DNA from: Okamejei kenojei
Taxonomy: Eukaryota
DNA length: 64,000 nucleotides
Direction: 5' to 3'
NCBI GenBank assembly: GCA_035221665.1
Contig: CM069138.1
Span: 73,532,001 to 73,596,000, forward strand
This document shows positions 1 through 11,078 of the stretch, piece after piece. The notes beneath the pieces were generated by a model, which did no database searches, was not told the origin of the DNA, and worked only from the letters and a program-made list of their open reading frames with translations. Every line of letters starts with the position of its first letter. Positions within the stretch are counted from its first letter, which is position 1. The position numbers and the translations under genes are program-made.

Positions 1-400
1 TACACTTCATACCCTTTAGGAAAATAGGCAACAACATCTCAGACTATTTTCATCCCGGACATTTACTTCACCTGCCTCTCCTGTCAGGCAGACGAAACAA
101 AAGCCAGATTCAACAAAGCTTCTTTCGCAACATTATCAGATTATTGAACGGTCTTTCCATAAATTCAGGTGCAATTTCCCAATCTACCTCTTTGCGATAT
201 CATACTTTAGTTTTTTACTTGCACTTTCTCTATAACCGTAACACGGCAAGCTGTAACACTATATTCTGCACACATTTCTCTTTGCACTACTTGTCGTACC
301 TGTTTGTGGCTTGATTGTCCTCATATATATGATTTGACTGGATAGCACACAGACAAGGTTTCACACTGTTTTTCGGTTTGATTGGTAATAATAAACTAAT
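1..400 (+). mobile_element. Degenerate Rex1/Babar-like LINE 3' end
   Basis: catccc...cctctcctgtcaggcagacg...ttcaacaaagcttcttt...atcagattattgaac resembles the 3' part of the Rex1-like copy at about 7000-7660. Confidence 0.45.
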
Positions 401-744
401 ACCAGTAGGTAGTGCATATGTATGTGCTGTTATCTTCATAACTATGATGTCTTGTGCAACTCTGGCAGACTCTGCCTACAAGATCAATTGTCACTATAAC
501 AAAAAATGTCAAATAATCCTTAAACAACGTCAATAGCAGAGCCCAATTTCATACCTGCTATTTCTAGGCTATACCTTCCCCCTCAATATTGCCTTAAGGT
601 CCAATCCAACTAAAGGAATAAGACAAGATAACAGATTGTGGCATTGCTTAGTCTATAAATGTAAAACTACAAATTACATTTGTATTATAGTTTGGGAAAG
701 AAAAACAAAAAAATAAATAAATAAATGAAGTGATTAATAACATA

Positions 745-1280
745 GGCACCTCAAGGTTTGACTCCACTATTCATTTCGCGAAGAGGAGGCTTTGGAAAGG
801 GTGCAGAGGAGGTTTACCAGAATGTTGCCTTGTTTATGGGGTATTAGCTGTAAGGAGAGGTTGGACAGACTTGGTTTGTTTTCTCTTGAACAGCGAAGAT
901 TTCAGGATGACTTGATAGATGTATATAAAATTATGAGAGACAGATAGAGTAGATGTCAGAACCTTTTCCTACGATGGAGAAATCAAATACTACAGGGCAT
1001 AGCTTTAAGGTGAGTGTGGCTATTTAAAGGAGATGTGCGGGCAACTTTTCTTTTTACACAGAGGGTGGCGAGTGCCTGAATGTGCTGCCAGCTGTAGGTG
1101 GAGGCAGATACAATAGTGGCATTCAAGAGGTTTTTGGATAGGCATATGGCTATGCAGGGAATGAGAGGATATGGATTATGCGCAGATAGATGAGAGAAGG
1201 TCTTAGCCACAGGTTTGGCAGGGACACAATGGGCTGAAGGACCTGTTCTGGTGCTTTACTGTTCTACATTCTATGTTTTA
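745..1280 (+). mobile_element. CR1-clade LINE 3' fragment
   Basis: Decayed ORF2 C-terminus (ALERVQRRFTRM-like gtgcagaggaggtttaccagaatg) followed by the CR1 3' UTR ending gggctgaaggacctgttctggtgct...ttctatgtt. Confidence 0.8.
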
Positions 1281-2663
1281 TGACACTTTCAAATTTGAGC
1301 CATATAAATCATTTATTTGCAATTAGTGCTGGAGTACTTTGCTGGAGTACTTGGCACACCTATACATAGGTCTTAATACACAGTATTAATATGCCAGTTT
1401 TTGCAAATTTCTCTTTGTATTTTTACAAAACAATACAAGTGCCACACTGTTCCATTAAATATGGTGTGACACCAATTAGTGAAGTTGGGAGTTCCAACAG
1501 CCTTACTGTAATCACTTAGGAACAAAAGAGGAAATAGCTCCTTTAAACTTCCTGTGCCTCGGGAAGCCATTTCCTTCCTGTTACCCAGATGCAGTTGTAC
1601 CTCTGCAATGTAAAAGGACATTTAAAAAGTAGCTAACACATTTTAGGCAAACAGATTTTCCTTTAACATCCTATGCACTATTACTCTATCAGTACGAATT
1701 GTAAAAAGAAATGTGGCTTTCATACAATTTCTGTACATCGTGACTCAATACATAGTTTATTATTTATTGTCTGTAATTTTTGATTGTTACATTGGAACAT
1801 ATCTTTTAATTACAATTCTGTTCCTTGGTGCGATCGTTGCAGATTAGAATACTCACAGATACAGATGGGATAGCAGACAGTAAAGAATAATGCCAAAAGA
1901 TTATTAAAGCCAGATAAGCTCCAAAAAAAAAAAAAAAACTTGTTTGAAATGTTTCTACTAAAATCACCATGTGGGACTTCTTAATGGCATAATCTACTTA
2001 ATAGCATTGATGCCTCTAGAGCTGTTGATGTGCAATTATGTAGTTATTTTTCGGGAGTGGAAATCCCACAGGAATTTGATGAAAATTATATTATGAAAAC
2101 AGCTTTATGCTATGCAACAACTGACAGAAAAGTCATCTGGTTTTCAATTGATTCCTGATAATACAAAGATGGTGAGATTATTTTTAAATTGAATTTACTA
2201 TTTCCTCTTTTCCCCCTCTAGATTTTCCAAGATCATCAATATGTCAGGTGCATTTGCTGTTAAAAATACATATTATTTGCATCCCACAGCTTTAACTTTG
2301 TCTAATGAGGCAATTTAAAACTTAACAATTAATCTAGTTCATTATGAACTCAAGCTATCATTCCTTGAACAGTCCCAACTCCCAAATGGTACCACTTGTG
2401 AGCTGAGAATTCCAGTCAATATCTATTAGATTGTTGATATTCCTAGAAATATACCACTTGGTCTAATTTTTTAATTTGCACAAATATCCTGCAATTGAAT
2501 AGACAGATACAATTAAATAGCCTCCTTTTATTTGTTTAGTTACTGAGTCAGGTGCTTCTGGTCAAATTTCTTCTTTGCACAATTTAAAAGAAAAAAGAAA
2601 AAAAAACTCAAATGCAAATCTAGCAAGTTCTCACCTGATTCGTATTAACAATATTCCTATAAT

Positions 2664-2775
2664 AGTCATTGTCATAAAGCATGGAAACAGGCCCTTTAGG
2701 CCAACTTGCTCGTGCTGACCAAGATGCCTCATCTATACTCGTCCCACCTGCCTGCGTTTGACCCATATCCCTAGA
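2664..2775 (-). mobile_element. CR1 3' tail fragment
   Basis: Reverse complement of the shared CR1 terminus (ggaaacaggccctt...gtcccacctgcctgcgtttg...ccatatccc). Confidence 0.65.
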
Positions 2776-3709
2776 AATTTTTTTCACATGATGCACCATT
2801 TTAAAAACATTACATATTATTCCACCAGGAAATCCTTTAGGTGTGAATTTTATTTAAATGGACTTTAAATATACTTCTATCTAGTCATCCTACGACTCAT
2901 ATAAAAGGCTATATGATAAACAATTTAATATTACAGAATTGAAATGACTCTTCGGCACAGAATCCTTTCAAACTGAAATGGGAGATCAACTATTTGATTA
3001 CTTTGATTTGGAAAGGATTTTTCAAATAATGCAAACCAGCAAATAATTTTTCATAAAGTAAGTACGGTAATAATGCGGGGTCTTCCAATGCATATAAACA
3101 GTCTATGTGAAGTTAAAGAAAATGTTTTTGCTGGGAAGCAGTATTAATTTACATCTCTAAAGTAATCTCAGATATAGTGTTAGGATGAAGAGTTTTTTTT
3201 TAAATTCTGTTCATTCATCAGAAGCCCCTTTCTCCAACATTTGCCTTCATTAATCATTGCTCAAGTTAAATTCCTGACTCTAATTTTGCTGTCCATCAGA
3301 ATATGATGTATTCTTTACTCAGGAAAATTGAAATATAGAACATATTCATGTACGTAGTATTTCAAAAATGTTCACCCTGAATTCCCATCAGCTTTCAAAG
3401 CACTAAAAAGTTGTCAGATTTACCTTTTTAAATGGTCAAATTATTTCCTAAAAGTGACCGATTAGAATCAATGCTTGACAAGGAATTAAAGTCAGGCCAG
3501 TAATGGCCATTGTGTGTTTGGGCATCTTCTGAAATGCAATATACAAACAAGAGGCTGGAAATCAACCCAACAAGAAAGCACCAGATGTCCAGTATTCAGC
3601 CAGATTTGTGTATATAAAAAGGTTGTGGCTCTAATGAAACCCTGCCTACAATTTGATGCATTTGCAACTTGCAATATTAAGTTACGTGAAATAAACATTT
3701 GGTATGAAA

Positions 3710-4330
3710 ATGAGTGGTGAGGGGATGTGAAATGAGTGAGTGAGCGAGCGAGCATCTGGATTTGGTGTGAGTTGGTGAGGAGTGAACGGGTGTGAGTGAA
3801 TGAGGGGTGAGTGTGAGGGGGGAGTGAGCAAGTGAGCAGTAAGTGAAGGGGATTGGGTGAGCAAGTGGGTGTGGTGTGAATGGGTGAGGAGTGAACGGGA
3901 GTGAGTGAGGGGGGAGTGAGTGCAGAGTGAGTAATTGTGCGGTGTGTGGTTGGGTGAGGGACGAGTGCGTGAGGTGAGCAAATGAGCGGTGAACAAGTGA
4001 AGGGTGGATGTGGAGTGAGTGACAAGTGAGCACCTGGGTGAATGAGGAGCAAACAGGTGAGGAATGAGCAAGTGCAGAGTGATTAAGTTGGTGAGTGGGT
4101 CAGGGGTGAGAGGATGAGTAGCGAGTGAGTGGAGGGGGAGGACGGGTGAGGAGTGAGGAAGTGCATGAGTGATGGGCGAGGGGTGCGTGGGTGAGAAATG
4201 AGCAAGAGAGAAGTGAGCGAGCAGAGGGGTGGATGTGGAGTGAGTGAGTGAGGGGTGCGTGGGGGAGAATGAGTGGGTGGCAGTGAGTGGATGTGGAGTT
4301 AGGGAGGAGTGAATCAGGAGTGAGTGAGTA
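3710..4330. repeat. Degenerate (GTGA/GAGT)-rich low-complexity tract
   Basis: Repeating gagtgagtgagg-type units with strong G/A strand bias. This explains the spurious His/Pro/Leu-rich ORFs. Confidence 0.85.
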
Positions 4331-6349
4331 GTTCTGCTCAGATTTCAAAACAATTAATGCACAAACAAGGGTCACATGGTCAAATTCTGACTGCAAGCAG
4401 GCAAGTGACCCCCCACCCTTCCTCCCTCCCTCCACCCCTTCCCCACGCACACATATTCAACATCTCCACAACGCAAAACAAAACAGTGCAATATACTAGC
4501 AGTCCCTAAACTGTGAACATTTTTTAATTCTGGTTCGCGAGTGGGCAAGGTCACAGTGAAATCAATGGGTTAAGAAGTCACCTTGTTTTTATTGTGTGAG
4601 GTTGTGCTTATGCAGGCAGAAATCAGGACATCTGGAACATGGAGCGAGAACAAGGAAAGGAGGTACATGAATAAACCAATCACAGGCGCTGACAAGGGGC
4701 ACAGCATGGACAATGCAGAGGGGAGGCAGCTCGGAGCCGGCCGCTTTGTCTGGTGAGGGCCAGGCAGCGATGACTAATGAAGCATCGGGGATGTGGGCCG
4801 TATGCCAGTGCTGGAAGAAGATGTGCAGCAGCTTTGCAGATGTGTCAAAGCCCCCTTGAGCAAAATAATGACATAATCACCATCAGTGTCACAGACCAAG
4901 CTGCATACAAGGTGACATGGGAGACAACAAAAAATGAAAGCAAATCCTTCGGAGGTTCTGAATACACACTGCAAGATTGGTATCTCTAGTGGGAAAGAGT
5001 TGAGCAGCAGGGAGAGGCTGAATCAAAGATACTTATGAACAAGGAAAACTAAAACTGAGGTTCATGTACAGGAGTTAAACAGTGGATTAGACACAAATAA
5101 AAACTGAAAAGAGAACTCTTTTCAAGTGGCACTAATTACTTGCCAACAGGCTTTCTGTGTGGCAGAGGTGTTTGTGTCACTACAGCTGTCTGAGCCTCAA
5201 GTGACTTTTGTCAGCTTTAAGTGATTGTGCGCTTGTGAAGGTGGAAGAATAATAGCAAGTAACCAATGAGGAATGATTGTTACAAAGCATTTGGCTCCAG
5301 TCGTTCCCTTTTCATTGCTTCTAATTAAAGATTCATAAGAACAGTTTCAATTTTTCATGAGTCCTTTTGCATTATCAAATCGACAGCAGTTACCTCTATT
5401 TTCACAAAGTTTCATGTATATGCATGCACTGCCAGACAGAACACACACATTTTATGGTGTATCTGTGAATATATGAAGGAAAGACAAAGTGGAAAGTGTA
5501 TTGTTTGATTGATAACTTTGCCTCAATTCCATTCAGAGTGCCACAAGAAACATAGCACAACAAGTGTTTTTTTTTTTTATTGACCCAAATGAAATATCGT
5601 ATTTACCAGCTGTGGCTTCTTCCATTAGAACGAAGAATAAAGTTGCAGTAAACACATGGATTAACCGCAGAATTGTACAACAAGAGCTGCTGTATGATGG
5701 GTAGAAAACTACATATCATTTACTTGGATCTTGTTTTTAATGCAGGCATTCTTCCAAATGTGAATTATTGTTTGCTGTTGAACACTGCAAATATAAATAT
5801 CATACTTCACCCAAGAGAACCCAGTGATATCAGGAGAGGCTAAGACCATCAGAGATGTAATATTCTCAGGATTATCCTTTACTTTAATAGCAATTCAAAG
5901 ATAATTTTCTTACCAATTCACAGAACATATAGAAGTGATTAAAATGTCTATGATTTATCATCTCCTCTTCACTGACCATCAACGCATGTGCCCCTCAAGA
6001 CCGTTTGCTTATCCCCCTGCTTCACTCTCTTTACAACCACCCGTGTGGCTAAGCATAGCTCCAATGCCATTTATACATTCACCGATTATATGCCCGAATC
6101 ATAGGTATAATGAGTTGTCTTCAGAAGGGGGAATTTGAGAGATTACGCATCTGTTTTCATTGCTGGATCGGTGGTGGGGAGAGTTAGCATCTTCAAATTA
6201 AGGCGTTAATATCTTGGGTAACCTGCCCTGGGCCCAGCACACAGATGTAATCACCAAGGCGGTATGCCAGCACCTCTACTTTCTTAGAAGTTTAAAAGAT
6301 TTGGCATGGCAACAAATAATCAAACAAACTTCTACATATGGCAAATCCA

Positions 6350-6830
6350 GGCAGACTGAGCGAAGGTGTTTACTGAACACCTTCGCTCAGTTAGTCTTGA
6401 CCTCCCGATCTCCAGTTGCTAAACACTTTAATTCTCCTTCCCAGTCCCACAAGACCTTTCTGTCCTAGGCCTCCTCCATTGTCAGAATGAGGCTAAACGC
6501 AAATTGGAGGAACAGCACGTCATATTTCACTTGGGCAGCTTACAACCCAGTGGTATGAATATTGATTTCTCATCAGGTAACCCCGGCATTCCCTCTCTCT
6601 CCATCCCCCCCCACGCAAGTCGCACCAGCTTCTCATTTTCACCCAACAAACAGCAAAGAGTGGCCTGTTTCTTTTATCATCGTTACATTTTTGCATCTTT
6701 TATTCATTGGTCTATATCTCTCTATGTCATTGTCTATATCTATAGTCTGAAGAAGGATCTCAACTCAAAACTCCTTCTCTCCAGGGATGCTGCCTGTCCC
6801 TGCTGAGTTACTCCAGCTTTTTGCGTCTCT
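6350..6830 (+). mobile_element. Penelope-like element 3' fragment (GIY-YIG endonuclease C-terminus plus terminal repeat)
   Basis: SPVAKHFNSPSQSH and EEQHVIFHLGSLQPSGMNIDF fit the PLE endonuclease C-terminal pattern (PVA.HF...H...E...I..L....P.G.N). A degenerate CTGAAGAAGG motif follows at 6747. Confidence 0.75.
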
Positions 6831-7089
6831 CTTCTACTTATGCTACAATATATCCTGATTGGTTGCATAATGGCCTGGTATGGCAATTCTAACATGCAGA
6901 AAAGCAAGAGGTTGCAGAGAGCGGTGGACTCTACCCTTTCCCGCATGGCTGCAGTCTTCCCCACCAAAGGCATCTATGAAGCACTGCCTCAAGTAGGTGA
7001 CATCTATCATCCCGCCATCCAGGTCATGCTCTCTTCTTGCTTGGTACCATCAGGCAAGAGGTACAGACACATGAAGTCACACATCACCA

Positions 7090-7393
7090 GGGCAGCATAG
7101 TGGCACAGTGGTAGAGTTGCTACCTTACAGTGCCAGGGGCCTGGGTTCGATCCTGACTGTGGGTGCTGTCTGTATGGGGTTTGTACATTCTCCCCGTGAC
7201 CTGCGTGGGTTTTCTCCGGGATCTCTGGTTTCCTCCCACACTCCAAAGACATACAGGTTTGTAGGTTAATTGGCTTGATATAATTGTAAATTGTTCCTAG
7301 TGTGTAGGATAGTGCAAGTATGCGGGAATCGCTGGTTGGCGCGGACTATGTGGGCCAAAGGGCCTGTTTCTACACTGTATCTATAAATTAAAC
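7090..7393 (+). mobile_element. tRNA-derived V-SINE (HE1-like) with a CR1-type tail
   Basis: A box TGGCACAGTGG, B box GGTTCGATCC, central V-domain-like ttctccccgtgacctgcgtgggttttctccggg...ttcctcccacactccaaagac, and tail gggccaaagggcctgtttc...ctgtatct. Confidence 0.85.
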
Positions 7394-7879
7394 AAGGTTC
7401 AGGGACAGCCATTTTCTGAAAACTCTTGAACCAACTGCATAACCTTCATCCACTTTGACAACAGATCATTGGGAACCACCTCTTATAATACCACCGTCCT
7501 CTCATTGTGCTTTGTACAAATGTTTTGTTTTATTTTTGCAGTCTTCTTCCTTCTTACTGTCTTGAAAAGTGTGGGTGCAATTTATGTATGATTTATGTTT
7601 TTGTGTGTTTATCTGAGTTTATATGCCTGTGATAGTATTGCGAGCAAGTTTTAAAATTGGACCTATACTTCACCGCACTTGCGCACATGATAATAACCTA
7701 TCATTCTAAAATACGGGAACTTGGGGGGGGGGGGGGGGGGAGGGCAATCCCAAGTGCAGACGATATGCAAGTGAAATATGCATCTACAATTTTTCCCCTC
7801 AAATAGACCTGTTATATGCTGATTTCCATTGAAAGAATTGGTCAAGTGTGAGAATATCAACACCTTTATATTATGAATG

Positions 7880-8045
7880 AATGCACTGGGGTGGAAGATT
7901 GCAACCTTCACATGGACCGCCCTGTTTCGACTAATGCAATCAACCCGGCGTGCACAATCAAATAAGATCAAATAGAACAAGTTGTCCTACAACTTTAGGC
8001 TGTGCACGCCATACGCAAGAAGAAGAGGAAGAAGACAAAGAAGAA
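7880..8045 (+). mobile_element. Possible RTE-type retroelement 3' end
   Basis: CpG-containing segment ending in an (AAG)n-like tail gcaagaagaagaggaagaag. Family assignment is tentative. Confidence 0.3.
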
Positions 8046-8129
8046 TGAATGCACTCAGCATACCTATACCCATTTTCACCAATCATTGAAAAACCATAAT
8101 ATATAGACCAATACCATGAAAAGAAAAAT

Positions 8130-8370
8130 CTGAAACTAAAAGCTGGCAACTGTGCCCATCTTGCCCACACCACCCATCATGTCCCAGCTGCACTGCGTTT
8201 TCCCCCATATCCCTTGAAACCCGTCCTATCCATGTACCTGTCTAATTGTTTCTTAAACGTTGCGATAGTCCCTGCCTCAACTGCCCTGCCTTATTGCATA
8301 TACCTTTTGTGTTAAAAAGTTACCCCTCAGATTCCTATTCAATCTTTTCCCCTTCACCTTAAACCTATTT
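8130..8370 (-). mobile_element. CR1 3' fragment
   Basis: cccatatccc...ctatccatgtacctgtc...cttaaac...cccctcagattcctatt...cttcaccttaaacctat. Confidence 0.7.
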
Positions 8371-8521
8371 GAGTTGTCAGAATTTACATTATCGAGTTAT
8401 TTTCCAAAAATAATCCCCAAACATGATTAAGCATCACATTATTTTGATAGACAACTATTATCCTGTGTCCTCTCTGCATGTTAAAATAAATAGAAATTAA
8501 TGTTTTGAAAGCAGAAATTAT

Positions 8522-8880
8522 AAGACAGAGAGGGAGACAGAGACAGACGGAGTGAGNNNNNNNNNNNNNNNNNNNNNNNNNNNNNNNNNNNNNNNNNNNN
8601 NNNNNNNNNNNNNNNNNNNNNNNNNNNNNNNNNNNNNNNNNNNNNNNNNNNNNNNNNNNNNNNNNNNNNNNNNNNNNNNNNNNNNNNNNNNNNNNNNNNN
8701 NNNNNNNNNNNNNGCGAGAGAGCGCGAGAGAGCGCGAGAGAGCGCGAGAGAGAGCGCGCGAGCGAGAGAAGCGGGAGAGAGTTAAGAGAGTGAGGTGAGA
8801 TAAAGTGAGGCAAGAGAGAGGGAGAGAGGCAAGAGAGGGAGCGAGTGAGGTGAGAGACAAGGGAGCGCGAGGTGAGAGAG
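8522..8880. repeat. (GA)n/(GAGC)-type microsatellite spanning an assembly gap
   Basis: gagagagcgcgagagag repeats on both sides of the N run. Confidence 0.85.
8557..8713. other. Assembly gap (157 N)
   Basis: Run of n. Confidence 0.99.
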
Positions 8881-9807
8881 ATACCAATAGTACCAGAACA
8901 TTGTCAACTAATGACAAAAAACAGCAGAATATGCTGATTGTAAAGAACTGTTAATTCTGCACCCAGTCTGTGGTCAGAATGAATACGATACAATGCAACA
9001 ATGCTCCTATGAGCTGCCCTCTGCAGCAGGCCATTTGCCGTCTTAGGTTAGTAGCTGCAGCTCCAAATAACACTGGTAACCTTAACGCAAAACGGATAAA
9101 AGAACATTGAAAAATACCTTAAGAAGTTCTCTTTGATTGATTATTTGTGTGACATTTAGAAAGCACTAATCTGTGTCATGTAGAATTTGAAAGGTCTATT
9201 ACATGTAGGCATAAAAACTCAAAAGGTTATTCACGGAATAATTTGCGCTTTGTCAGTATAGGTTTCCTTTTTACTCAGCTTGCTCACTGAAATCCCTCAC
9301 ACCTTTGCTTTTGATCTATTGGCTTCTGCATTTCAACGTTATTGTTGGTGGGAATACATGTTTCACCATAGGCTGTGACCCCCAGCAGTTGTTTGAAGAG
9401 TCCAGTCTTTGCTAAAATTGATAACCCTCTCTGGAATGAAAAAAGAACTAAGCTGACAAAGCTGTGGGTGAGGGGAACTGAATGTCAGACAATAGACATC
9501 ACCACATTCCGCCTTTGAACTTCTTCCCATCTCTGAAGGACGATTAATTATGAAGGCTTTGGGGTAGGTCAAAGCAAGGGAGAAGCTACTGCCGGCCGAG
9601 CTCTCCTGCCAGTGTTCATCTTTGTTAAGTGGCTGCTTCTTGTGGGGAACAGTAACAGAGGCAACATCCAAAATAACCAATAAATCATTTGAAAGGAAGA
9701 GAAGGTTTTTTTTTTTTGATTTGTGACCCACTTGATCATCTGCTCACTTGAGAACACATTTTATAAGAGCCAGGGGGTTGGTCAGAGTTGAAGATGGTAT
9801 TGCAATA

Positions 9808-9940
9808 GTTCAGTTTATTGTCACGTGTACTGAGGTACAGTGAAAAGCTTTTGTTGCATGCTTTACAGTCAATGGAGAGACTATACATGATTCGTACAGT
9901 CTAGCCGTCCACAGTGTACAGAGATACAGGATAAAGGGAA
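9808..9940 (-). mobile_element. Rex1-like LINE 3' tail
   Basis: Minus strand ends ...aagcttttcactgtacctcagtacacgtgacaataaactgaac, similar to the tail near 350-400. Confidence 0.5.
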
Positions 9941-10508
9941 CCTGCTGGTGGAGTAGAGTTTTAAAAGAGTTGAGCGATTGTCATGAATTATGGCAGATCC
10001 ACTTCTGGGACTAGCATGCAGAGGGTCACCTGACGGGCGCCATCTTAGAATACTGCAATAGTGCATTAGAAGGGACAATCTTTTCATTACAGCAACTGAG
10101 GGAGGCAATAGTCCAATCACAACACCTCGGAGACTTCGCAAATAATAAATGGAGTCATCTATAGAGTTAGATACATGGTATCCAAAGGCACAAACACCAT
10201 ACATATACAAATAATGTTTCTATGTTAATATGGCACAGAGGCATCATTCAAATATCACAGCAATTCATCAAACCTTTCAAATTAGAAGCAGAAGAAACAT
10301 TTGCAGGACACAGCAACACAGGACAAAAGTGTATTCAATGCTCGAGGTAAGATGCCACCCCTCAAACCCAACAAACCTCTGCTGAACTGTTATATTCCAA
10401 GGTACAGCCATTGAAAGTAATGCCAGTTTGTTATACTGGCAGTTAAAGTAAAGCTATATTCATTGCAACAAACACCATGGCTCTGTATCATTGCAAATTA
10501 CCAAGGCA

Positions 10509-10566
10509 CACATACATACATACATATACATATACATATATATGCATACATATATGCACACACACA
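10509..10566. repeat. (CATA/TA/CA) compound microsatellite
   Basis: cacatacatacatacatatacatatacatatatatgcatacatatatgcacacacaca. Confidence 0.85.
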
Positions 10567-10714
10567 AAAGAAAAAGACAAATGATCAGTGAATCCTGCCC
10601 AGATGCAAATATATAAAATATCCTGCTATAAATGATATTCTGCTTTCCTACAGTAATGCTCCCAATCTGAGTATCAGTGAGTGTGTGCAAGTTATCGTGG
10701 AGATAAAGAATGAA

Positions 10715-11078
10715 AGGAGACAGGGCATAAACAGGCCCTTTGGCCCAACTTGTATATGCCGACCAAGATACCCCAAATACGCTAGTCCCACTTGCCCATG
10801 TTTGGCCCATATCCCTCTAAACCTTACTTACCAACAAACCTGCCCAAATGTTTTTTTAAATGTCGTTGTGTGCCTGCCTCAACTACCCTCTCCGGCAGCT
10901 CGTTTCATATACTCACCAACCTCGGAGTGAAAAAGTTGACCCTCAGGTTCCTATTAAATCTTTCCCCTCTCATCTTAAACCTATGTCCTCTGGTTCTTGA
11001 TTCTCCTACCCTGGATGAATGACTGTGTATTCGCTCTATCAATTCACCTCATGATTTCATAAACCTCCACAAGATCAC
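10715..11078 (-). mobile_element. CR1 3' fragment
   Basis: aacaggccctttggcccaac...ttggcccatatccctctaaacc...ttaaacctatgtcctctggttcttgatt...ctcatgattt. Confidence 0.8.

Larger units (their letters stand above)
6165..7660 (+). mobile_element. Rex1/Babar-like LINE remnant interrupted by two younger insertions
   Basis: Translations NLPWAQHTDVITKAVCQHLYFLRSLK and ILIGCIMAWYGNSN...KRLQRAV...HPAIQVM...PSGKRYR match post-RT motifs of Rex1/Babar ORFs. Confidence 0.7.

Noticed and set aside
3492-4450. Several 116-186 aa His/Pro/Leu/Thr-rich ORFs
   Set aside because: They are translations of the GTGA low-complexity tract and are open in multiple frames.
7095-7160. tRNA gene
   Set aside because: The A and B boxes belong to a SINE head that runs into a V-domain and a LINE tail; there is no complete cloverleaf.
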